Assembly (NCBI GenBank): GCA_013239625.1
Contig: MU054187.1
Coordinates: forward strand, 2,737,757-2,801,756
DNA from: Lama guanicoe
Lineage: Eukaryota
DNA length: 64,000 nt
Direction: 5' to 3'
Positions 39,301-50,300 of the stretch are shown here, piece after piece. The notes beneath the pieces were generated by a model. The model made no database searches. It was not told the origin of the DNA and worked only from the letters and a program-made list of their open reading frames with translations. Positions within the stretch are counted from its first letter, which is position 1. Each line of letters begins with the position of its first letter. A program made the translations under genes and the position numbers.

Positions 39301-39355
39301 AAATGGGTTAATTTTGTATCATGTAAATTACACCTCAATAAAGCTGTTTAAAAAT
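36305..39355. mobile_element. Cluster of old L1 fragments: + strand 3' pieces (36305-36630, 38775-39355) flanking a - strand ORF1/5' piece (~36640-38770)
   Basis: ORF 38004-38222 (-) LELSDNKFKADIIKILQQAITNTSETNEKIEGLSQEIEDIKKNEMDILEMK resembles the L1 ORF1 coiled coil. The + pieces carry 'gaacctcaaaagcattacgctaa' and 'acacctcaataaagctgtt'. Confidence 0.75.
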
Positions 39356-39419
39356 GCAGATGGTCGTGGTTGGATGTTCAGCGAACAGAAGCACGTAGGA
39401 GAGCTTCCTGCTGTGGTTC

Positions 39420-39492
39420 CCTTTAGGTGAATTCTCTCTGGAGATTAGCATCACCGTGGATTAAATTAATTGGCTGTCCTCAATCCCTGAGT
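39420..39492 (+). promoter_or_regulatory. RP1: RP1 photoreceptor proximal promoter
   Basis: CRX/OTX K50 sites GATTAG (39443) and GGATTAA (39458), plus a TTAATTGG homeobox (Ret-1/PCE-like) element immediately upstream of exon 1. Confidence 0.7.
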
Positions 39493-39623
39493 GTATACAC
39501 TAAGAATAAATCCGAAGACATTGGTTTCTTTGCACGAAACGAGGTTACGCATCCAGCAACATTTACAGGAATTATTCAAACAACTTAACCATCTTTTCTT
39601 TATAAGGGAAGTTTCAAGTTCTG
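39493..39623 (+). other. RP1: RP1 exon 1 (non-coding 5'UTR; start approximate)
   Basis: 'aagaataaatccgaagacattggtttctttgcacgaaacgaggttac...taagggaagtttcaagttctg' matches the human RP1 5'UTR as I recall it. Canonical donor CTG|GTAAGT at 39623/39624. Confidence 0.85.
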
Positions 39624-42600
39624 GTAAGTACAAAACTTTACGGTTTTTATTTTTGAAAATAATCTATTTCAGCTAGTTGGACTTTACTTTCCTTTTATAT
39701 CTAGACTATGTATTTGTGTTTCATCTTTAACCATTAGAAAAAGAATAAATATTGCTAATAATTATTATCTTTACACACATATGCCAGAAACCCTCACAGT
39801 ATGCTGACACTGAAGTATGAGGGAGCTTCAGTCTCAGGAAATCGAGAAGTGCTAATATATTCAAATATAAGTAAATTTTTTTCCTCATCATAAAAGCACT
39901 ATTTGCTCATTAGAGAATCTCTGCAGTATATTAAAGAAGGCAACTGCCTGTAATTCAACAGTGCTGTGACTGCCATGGGGAAGGGCTGGTGTACTTCCTC
40001 TCTGAACCCCCACCCCAGGCCCAATCCACAGAGTCAGGATCCGTGAAATGAACTAACTTTTCGTGCAATAGCAGATCTCTGAATTGCCACAGAACCAGCT
40101 TTACGAATATACCAGTTCTGTTTTTTTGTTTTCTACTTCATTCTTTCTGAATTGCTTGAATTCCTACCATGTAATTAGTGAAATGATACCCCTTCATCCT
40201 GTAAATCTGTCATCTGTTTCGTCAAGTGAGTAGTGGAGGGAAGACACAGCCCTCTCGGTAGAGGCAACTATTTAGCTCAGAGCAGCGCAGACAGCTGAGA
40301 GCAGTAACGGCACACATAAACATAACGATGGTTGAACCTAGTGAAACCAAGGGCGTTGAAAAAAATCTGCTTCATCTTAAAAAGCATTACAAGTATTCAA
40401 GACAGCTCCATGGTCTGACTGAGCAATGGAGAGCAGGCGGAAAAGAGGGGAAGGTATTGGTAGCCAGCTGTCAACTCAGTAGAAGCAGATTTTCAATATA
40501 ATCTGAGCTGGAGGTATGAAGTTTTAAGTCAGTGTTGGGGCAAGTGGAGGGCCTTCAGAGTCTAGTTTCCTCTTGTTCCCTCTTTCCACCTCCACTTCTC
40601 TTCCCCCAGCATAACCTGCTGGGAGAATTAGACCACGCTAGGCACTTTGTTCCTTAGATGGCCCCTAAGTACACCGCTGCCTTGCCCCAGGGTCAGAGGG
40701 CTCAGAATAAACCTTATTATCTAAAATGTATGCAAAGACACATTTCAGAATTTCCATCCAAGTTCTGATTAGTCTTTGAAGTTGGCTAAGAAAGGTGCAC
40801 AACTAAGGGTAGCTAAAAGCTGTGAAGGGCTGGGAGCTCTGTTTCACAAAAGGGGACACTACTGTCAAGACCGACCGACCACATCGCTGGCCTGTCCACT
40901 GCACTGGCAGATGCTGCGCTAACCCTCATCTTCTTCCTGGAGGGCAACCCCGCCACTCTTTGCCTCTGGCATCTCAGCTTTATGTAAGCTTTCCTCTGGA
41001 AACCACCGTCTCTTCTCACCCTCAGCATCTCTCCTTGACATTTTCAAGGTACCCTGACTCTTCCTCAATTCTGCTACTGAATTACTCTGTGAATTTCCCA
41101 CCAACACTGTAGGAGACACACATGATGTCAAGGCAAAGATGAAACACTCCCTCTGGAATGGATCTAGTTTGCACTCTCTCTCCCAGTGATGATTCTGGGC
41201 ACTGCATCCACAGAGATCCTTTTATTCAACAATAATGCTGAATCTTCACCATCTTCTGTTACACATGCAACGCCCACCTCACTTATCATAGGCTCTTAAA
41301 CCTCACCCACACGTACGCAAAATCTCAGTACGTGCTCCAGAACTTCCCTGGTGACGTCCAGGAGCTTCCAGGGATCCTCTTACATGCAACTAGGATCACA
41401 GGAACTGCATCTTTGTTTTGTTTTTGCTACAGCCTCCGCATCAAGGTGCCTGGCAACCACCCTGCTGCAGGTGGTTTCTCTGCAGATGCTCCTCCACGGC
41501 GGGGCACAGGGCATCTTCCCAGGACGTGGTAACTCCAGCGTCTTCTCTTCATGCATCAGGCTCAAAACCAGTCATCAGGGCTGGACAGCAGTGGGATAGT
41601 GACAATGGGGGCCATTTCTTCCCTTCAACTGTCCCTATCTTCCATGGCCTCCTTTTTGGCTCCAGCACAAAACCTCCTTTTTCTTATTTTAGCCAAAAAC
41701 AAATAAAAACCACCACCACCAACAGAAAAAACCTCAAAACAAAACCCTTAGCGTATCAGCTTACATAACTGTGTTCCCAAAAGGACCACCAGGTCAGCAG
41801 CTCTCCACCTAGTGAGATCCAGGAAACTACTGAAATTAAAAGCCTCACTATGCATTTACATATAGATAAATACAACTTTCCAAAATTAGGTGAAAAACGT
41901 GTCTCAAACACTATTCATGTAAAAAATTCTCAAATAAATATGTAAGAAAACCAGCCTAGAAAATAACTGGAGTTACTGAGTTCTGAAGTCTTTTGTTTAA
42001 ACACTGAAGGATTTCCTCCCTCTTAACAGTTGGTGAGGGCCTGAGACTCAGCGGTGGGGCACAGCTTATCAGGTCAGACCACAGCTTATCAGCGGAGGGT
42101 GAGGAGAGACTAAGGTTTTGCTGACTCCACCGCAAAGCTGGATTCCCCAGCTCCTGATGCGCATGCCTGCTACAGCAGCTTTATTGTCTTAAGTATTATA
42201 ATTACTTTAAACTGCTTGGGGAGAGAGAAGAGGAGACACATCTAATTTCTCAGCTGATCTTTGAATGCATTTTCTTTATATATAAATAAGATTCGCAAAT
42301 TGTATTGGAGATAAATGAAGTGTCTTAGATAACAGCTTGCAAACATTTAAGTAGGTGATTTGGGCCAGATTTATAGCTGATTTATAATGACAGATATGCC
42401 TTTTTCATCTCTTAACACTGATCACATTCATTTAGCTTGTTCAGTTTGTCTTCAAGGCTGCAGGGCACTCTTACTCTGTCAAAAGACACTGATAATTACA
42501 TTGATTTAAAACAACAGAAAATAGCCACAATACGCTACAAATGAAAAAGCAGCTAGGTATCGGATAAACCCTCCCACTAGCTTCTCACTTGTTAATCAGG

Positions 42601-43652
42601 CTCCGGTTTCAGTTAGGAAGTGGGACACCTCAGCGACTGGCTGAAAATGGCTCTTAAATTCCCTCCTGAAGTTTTCATTTTAGAACCACTAGTGGGAGCA
42701 GTAACCAGACTGCACCATTTTCAGCGGCCCACAGCAATGCTGTCATTCATTCCAAAAATACTTGCTTAGTGCAGTGTTTCCTAAAGTAGGCCTACTAGTG
42801 TGCTACATAATTTACCTGCATTTTCTACAATCTGTAATGGAACCATCTGAATATGGCCCTTATTTAAGGATATATGTGACACATTGCTTCTAGAATTTAA
42901 TGTCAGGAAATAATTTCCTCCAGATGAACTCATTTGATTCCATCCAACAGACAATCTGAACTTTTATAAACTTTTTCTGTTTCCTCCCTTTTCCCTGACT
43001 GCCAGGACATGCAGAACTAAATCGATCAATTACAAAACTCTCTTTACTCTTCTCATTGGATGGTTTCTGATTTGTGTCTCCTTCGTTATTTTTTAAAAAA
43101 TTGTTCAATAATACTTGTTAAAGATCCACAAAATTTGATAATGTATGAAAAACACAAATATTATCCATAGCTCTGCCATCAGTGATAACCACCATCAACA
43201 CTGGGCTGTGTATACTTCGGACTTTCTTCTGCTAGTGTAATAAATATTATATACATTGGCAATGGCATAGTGTGTGTATTCTGTAAGCTGCCTTTTCACT
43301 TAGTAGTAGCTCATGATCAGTTTTCTGTGCCAATACAGAACTATAGCCATTTTTAACGGCTTGTATAGTTTTCCATGGGTGTATATAATTTACCTACCTA
43401 GGCTTTTATTAGTGTCTTTAGATTGTTTTTATCTTTCAATTATATCTGCCCTTATTTAATTGTTTCTTTTGTGACTTCATTGTAAGCCCTTGAAACCTAC
43501 CTTTCAAAATAGGTGGTATAATGAATGCATAGATGAATGAATGAAATCCTAGGAAGAGCCTGGGTACCTACAACTGTAACCAGCTGGCTTTCGCACGTGG
43601 TGCGTTGCTGTGAAGATGAACAATTTTCTTCCGCCTCCAGGTCTCGATCAAC

Positions 43653-44481
43653 ATGAGCGGAACTCTCTCCACTAGCTTTGCCATGATCCGTCGGACTTCT
43701 TCCGAAGGTCAGGCTCCTTCCTCTCGCCAGCTGCGCGTCGCTCAGCCTGTCGTGGCCAAAAGGATCAGCTTCTACAAGAGCGGAGACCCGCAGTTTGCGG
43801 GCGTCCGGGTGGTGGTGAACCCCCGCTCTTTCAAGACGTTCGATGCTTTGCTGGATAACTTGTCGGGGAAGGTGCCCCTGCCGTTCGGGGTGAGGAACAT
43901 CAGCACCCCTCGGGGAAGGCACAGCATCACGCGCCTGGAGGAGCTGGAGGACGGCCAGTCGTACCTGTGCTCCCACGGCAGGAAGGTGCAGCCGGTGGAC
44001 CTGGACAAGGCCCGCCGGCGCCCGCGGCCATGGCTCAGCAGCCGGGCCCTCAGCGCGCACGCGCAGCGCGCCCCCGCCCCCGCCGCTCCCGGCATGCTGC
44101 GCGCGCCGCGCAGGCTCCTGGTCTTCAGGAACGGCGACCCGAAGACGCGGCGCGCGGTGGTGCTGAGCAGGCGGGTCACGCAGAGCTTCGAGGTCTTTCT
44201 GCAGCATCTGACGGAGGTCATGCAGCGCCCGGTGACCAAGCTGTACGCCACGGACGGGCGGAAGGATCAGCGCCCCCGCGCAGCGCGCCCCCGCCCCCGC
44301 CGCTCCCGGCATGCTGCGCGCGCCGCGCAGGCTCCTGGTCTTCAGGAACGGCGACCCGAAGACGCGGCGCGCGGTGGTGCTGAGCAGGCGGGTCACGCAG
44401 AGCTTCGAGGTCTTTCTGCAGCATCTGACGGAGGTCATGCAGCGCCCGGTGACCAAGCTGTACGCCACGGACGGGCGGAAG
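43653..44481 (+). CDS. RP1: RP1 exon 2 coding part: DCX domain 1 and first part of DCX domain 2. Contains a 217-bp duplication; without it this part is 612 nt / 204 aa
   Basis: Acceptor ccgcctccAG at 43640, 12-nt UTR, ATG at 43653. Peptide [37 protein letters not shown]...[24 protein letters not shown] is RP1 DCX. The only donor is AAG|GTGAGC at 44481/44482. Confidence 0.95.
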
Positions 44482-44482
44482 G
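44050..44482 (+). repeat. Tandem duplication, period 217 bp (44050-44265 and 44267-44482)
   Basis: ATG 44094 pairs with ATG 44311 and ...CGGAAG 44264 with 44481. The copies look identical except for two substitutions near the start of copy 2. Confidence 0.97.
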
Positions 44483-45187
44483 TGAGCACTTCGGCGGGCT
44501 CCTCCTGTCTGCGCCGTGGCGGCGAGGGTCGCGGTGGCGGCCCTGGGCAAGGAAGGCTCTTCCCGCGTGCGTGCGTGCGAGCGTGCGCGCCCCCGCGCTC
44601 GTGGGCGGGCGCTGGCTCGCTGGAGTGGCTGCTCTCTCGGTTGCCGCGAGCGACACTGACGGGGCGTGGGCCCGAGGCCTCTCCGCCCTCACACTCCCTC
44701 CCCGAGCCCGGAGTTGTAGACGGGTTGGCGCAGAATCTAGTCTCGTCAACACTTCTTGGGAAGGAGTGGCCAGGCATCTTCTGGGACCAGCTGACGGGCC
44801 GGGGAGAGTCCCCTGCAGGGGACAGCATGTCCACAGTGGTCCCTTGCCAGCCTGGCGTGTCCTGCAGGTCCTTTCTCAGCTGGATCCTTGGGTGGGGAAG
44901 ACGGGCAGCACTACGTCCTGTTAAAGAGCTCTGTGGTTCTGATGGAAGAAGACCGGTCAGTCTCCGCCAGCTGGAGGCTGAGTAAGGGTATGGTCTAACC
45001 CCCTCCCCCACCACCCCGTACTTAGTCGTTTTATATACATCATTAGTGCCTAACAAATGCTTGGCTTCCTGATTCTCTCGCTCAAGTCCAGGAGGTGGTT
45101 GAATTAACTCAGTTGTAAACTCACTGTACGGAAAGAACAAAACTTCGCGTTGCTCACGTAAGGACCATACTCTGGTTTTTTTTCTAG

Positions 45188-45442
<255 letters not shown>

Positions 45443-47300
45443 TGACCAGTTTCCTTCATTACAGAAAACGAGGGGATCAGAAACGTTCTGAACAGAAATT
45501 GGTTATATTTATAGCTGGAAAGAGTCATAGAGATTATCTAATAATTTTTCTTTTAAAGATTTTTTTCAAGTTAATAAATGGTGTATCTGTTTAAATTGAT
45601 GAAGTATGTTTTTTAATCTTTGCAAGTAGTACCTAGAGAAAAAATCAGAGTGGGAGAGGAACCCTATGGCATATGTCTAAGCGGTACTCTGGTAGGTACA
45701 GAATTTTCTCTAAATAATGCTGTGCAGTATCATGGTTGAGCTCAGGTTAGTTGATGTACATATTTTTAAAAATCTCTAACTGCATACATGCTCTACTTTC
45801 CAAAGTTACTCCAGTAAAAATCACAGGCCCTTAGATCCACTTTTTATTTATTAAAAAAAAAAGAGGTTTATTTAGCCAGCTCATGCTGGTTAACTGTACT
45901 CTAGGTTGATAATTCCTTAGGAAATGCCACGCAATGTGACATTATCTTTTGGATATGGGAGGAGGAGGCCCTCAACACCCAGGAGTGTGGGATAGGCTGT
46001 AAATTCTCCTTGCGTGGCTAATCTCATTATTCATTGTACTCAGTATTTTAGCTCTATGCGAAAGTACTTACTACCTTTTATACTTAAATTTTAGTTTTTA
46101 TTTCATTTAAACATGGAATAATACACATTTTAAGTTGTTTTAATTCCTCTATTTATTGCTAAAATGGGTGAATCTCAGTTATTGTTGTTACTTAGTTATT
46201 TCATGAATATACTTAACAGATAATTATTAGTGTTTCTGTTTTGTAGGCATAGCTGCCAAATACCTGTTATGCATAGGATAGTCCTATTCCATCTTGGTCA
46301 TTTTACAAAAATGGGTTTATTATCTTCTGTCTGATATGAGTTGCTGAGTATGATTTTTCATGGTGTCAGGGAATCTGAGGGTTTTGCTGAGTTTTACTTT
46401 TAAAAAATTGTGAATGAGACATTTTCATTTATAATGTTAGTGAAAGTATACCAAAAATAAAAGAAAACATCTCTAGGCCTACTCTGAAACTTTAAAATAT
46501 TTAATTGGTAGTAAGCATGTGCACATCTATACAAACTACTACTAATATGAATTTGATTGAATTTAGGAAGCATGAGTGCCAGAGTTACCACTAGAGATAA
46601 ACATTAAAAAATTACGTAGATATCTGGGTCTATGAGTAGCTTTATTTCCTTTTGTTATTGATATTAAATCAAGTGTACTGGTTATACAAAATGGATGCTC
46701 AATTAATAATTATTACTAGATTAATCTAGCTTTAAAAATAAATTCTAAAAATGTTTTTGCTTTCATATTGCTATATAATAATCTCTCTTGGATATGCACA
46801 GATGGGAAAATTAATGCCAACATAAATTATTACTTGCTTATCCTAATAGGTAAGCAGCACTTGGTTAGACTCCAATTTCAGTAATGGTAAACAAAATAAA
46901 ATAACAAAACAAAACCCCATGAAAATCTCTTAATTTTTGCTAGAATTCTTAGCAGTTTCTACTTTATACTTTCCTTATTAAAATTGCCTTGTTAAACTCG
47001 TTAAAATTAAAAATTTGTGAACTTCCTCATTGAAGTAAAATTGTAAGTTCCTTTTTAAAGAGTAGTGTGTAGAAATGTTCCAGATATTACAATGAGCTAA
47101 AAAACCGATGAATACATAGAAGTGAGAAACTTATTAATAACATCTTACTATGAAATTTAGAAAATACGGTATTTTTCACACTAATGATTTATTTTTTTCT
47201 TTTCTTTCTTTGCTACCTCTTCTATTGGATATTTATAACTTCTCTACCTTCCACATTATATTTTAATGTGGCGCATCTTTTCCTTTTAAAATTTTGAAAG

Positions 47301-50300
47301 TGAGCACACAGGTGCCTTCAAGCCCAAGATCCCAGATTTATTCTGTTTCTTCTGACAAAATGCAGAGTAATGATTGCTATTCAGAACATTCTTTTGCTTC
47401 TGAAAATTACTTGGCCTTAGAAAAAAATGATTCTCAGAATTTATTCATATATCCTTCTGAAGATGATGTTGAGAAATCAATTATTTTTAATCAAGATGGC
47501 ACTATGACAGTTGAAATGAAAGTTCGATTCAAGATAAAAGAGGAGGAAACCATAAAATGGACAACCACTGTCAATAGAGCTGATCTTTCTAATAATGATG
47601 GAAAGAGTGAGATAAGTTTTCCAGGGAGAACAGATGATCGATCATCTGGTTTAAAGATTACAGCATGTTCATTGTCTGCAGATGTCTCACCTCTGGAGAA
47701 AGGCAATAATCAAGAGGGCAGTTTGGCAGAGGAGATAAACACTCAAATGACTGATCAAGAGGCTGAAACTTGTGATTCTGCCAGTTGGGAGAATGCTGCT
47801 ATGGACACAAATGCCATCCAAGGAACTCAGGATCAAGCGAAGCATCATTTTTATAGGCCCCCTACACCTAGACCAAGGAGAGTGAGACAAAAGAAATCTG
47901 TGATAGGGAGTGTGACCTTGGTATCTGAAACTGAAGTTCAAGAGAAAGTGATTGGACAGTTTTCCTATAGTGAAGAAAGGAAAGATGGGGAAAACAAATC
48001 TGAGTATCACATGTTCACACATTCCTGCAGTAAAATGTCATCAGTATCCAACAGACCAGTACTTGTTCAAGTTGATAACAATGAGCAGGTAGAATCATCT
48101 TTAGAAAGAAGAAAGGAAAGCAGACTGCTCAAGTCGAGTGCCATAAGCGCTGGTGTGGTAGAAATTACAAGTCAGAAGCTGTTAGAGATGTCCCATAACA
48201 ATGGCTTGCTGCAGACTACATCAGAAAACTCAAGTGTGGAGGAAGGTACAGTTGATAGTGTAACATCAGACAACAAAACTAGTATCAGGAATTTAAGAAC
48301 TGGTGGTAACACCAATGATAGATTCAGTCCTTTCTTAGCAGATGCAACTCATCCTTCAGAGGACAACTCTGAAACTGACAAAACTATTTCCAAGACCTCA
48401 GTTTCAGTAGGATCCTCTACTGTCACCACAAGAATTGACAAGCTAATTAATGAATTTTCTCAGTGTGGTTTAACAGAACTTCCAGAAAATGAAAAGCAGA
48501 TTTCATCATCTGCTGCCATCAAAAAGAAGATGAAATCTGAGCAGCATGTGATAAATTCCAGGCATCAAGGTGGGGAGAGTGCAAGTAAAGGAATCCTCAG
48601 GAAGAGTAAGAGAATAAATACAAGAGGTAGAATTTCACAGGAAACCATATTGCAGGATTCACATAGTCGCTTTAAAGGAGAGCTACTTTGTGAGAAAGAC
48701 CTCCATGCAAGTGATATGGTTATTGAATCAAATTATTTTTGTTCCAAAAGTAATAATCCTGTGAATTCCAAGAATTTTCATAGAAATAAATTAAATACTA
48801 TTCATAATCCTAAGTTTCAAGGACTTTTAACCAAAAGGAAATCCAGACCACTGAACAAAGTTAGTTTAGGAGGACCTACAAAAAGAGAAATTGGTCAAGG
48901 AGATGAAGTACTTTCCCACAATAAATTTAGATATTGCAAAAATACTTTTGAAAATCAGAATTTATTTCATGTGCTTAATTTCCTTGAGCAAAACCCCAAT
49001 GGTTTTTGTGGACCACAGGCCCAAGCAGAAATAGCATCTTGGTATTTGAGAGGAACAACAAAGAAGAGTTTAGTTTCAAAAGTTAATAATTCACACATAA
49101 GCTTAAGAAGCCAGAAAAAACAAAAAGGGGATAAGTTGAAATCAGATACTATTGTTAGCAAACAGCATGTTACAACCAGGGCAAATTCCTTAGGTTCTTT
49201 GAAAAAAGCTGTTTTTCCTGATGATATTACCAGTCATTCAGTTCAAAATTATGTACAGAGATGGTTGCAGAACATAAATCCACATTCAGCTTTGCAACCT
49301 GGAAAATCGGTCCCAGTATTCAAAAAGCAAAGGAGTGTGGTACGTTGTAACAACAGTGGTTTTCCAAGAAATAATTCCCGTACAAGTCCTGGAAAAGGAA
49401 ATAATTTTGTCCTGGAAAGTAATAAGCACATAACGAAAAATGCGAGTTTGACAGGAGATAACCTAGGTAGAGAGGTAGGTGCATCTTTAGACAAAGACAC
49501 CAGTGAAGAACTTACGAAAGATCTCTGTAAGAACCAGATTGAATCTCTGAATGACGCTTACTGTCTTTCCCTTCGTGAATATTGTACTTTGCCACAGTCA
49601 GCTATTTATGGTCATAATACTAAAAGCCAGGTATCTGCTGAAAAGTCAGGACCAGAGGTAAGCTTTGCTTACAAAGATGTAAAGCTAGCTACAAAAGGGC
49701 AAAGTGCAGAGGCTGCCATTCAAGTCGATCTCATGGAAGAGGACACCCCCAAAGACCTCTTATCAGTCGGGTTGCTTCACCAACTGCAAGCTTTAGTTCC
49801 TAGTGTTCACAAGACTCAGAATGGAGTTGTTCAAATGCCAGGTTCACTTGCAGATGTCCCCTTCCCTTCTCCAATATGTAGTTCATCCACGAATGTTCTT
49901 CTAGCTTGGCTCCTGGTGCTACACCTGAAGGGAGGTATGAATAGCTTCTGTCAAGATGATGCTCACAAGACTACCAGCAGAACTTCAGAAATACTTGCAT
50001 TGTTGGAGGTTCTAAAGCACATTGCTGTCACAGAGGAGGCTGATGACTTGAAGGCTGCTGTTGCCAGTTTAGTGGAATCAACCACAAATCACATGGGACT
50101 CACTGAGAAAGAACAGGACATGGTTCCAATAGGTCTTTCTGAAAATTGTTCTATACCCAACCTTCAGATAGTTCCTAGGTGCACTGAAAATGAGGAGACA
50201 CAGGAAATCTCTTTAGATGGATGCTATTCTGCCAGTGAGGACTGCGTCTCTGAAGTCTGTGTTTCAGAGGTGACTTGCTCTCCACGTGAGATGTGCACTG

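Noticed and set aside
44265..44268. GATC at the duplication junction as proof of a Hi-C or restriction ligation artefact
   Set aside because: A 4-mer is expected by chance; suggestive at most.
44482..44985. Continuations of ORFs 43653-44924 and 44311-44985
   Set aside because: Read-through into GC-rich intron 2 past the canonical donor at 44481.
47294..47300. ORF-track start 'MK' of the 1875-aa ORF
   Set aside because: This is a TTG inside the splice acceptor region; the exon starts at 47301.
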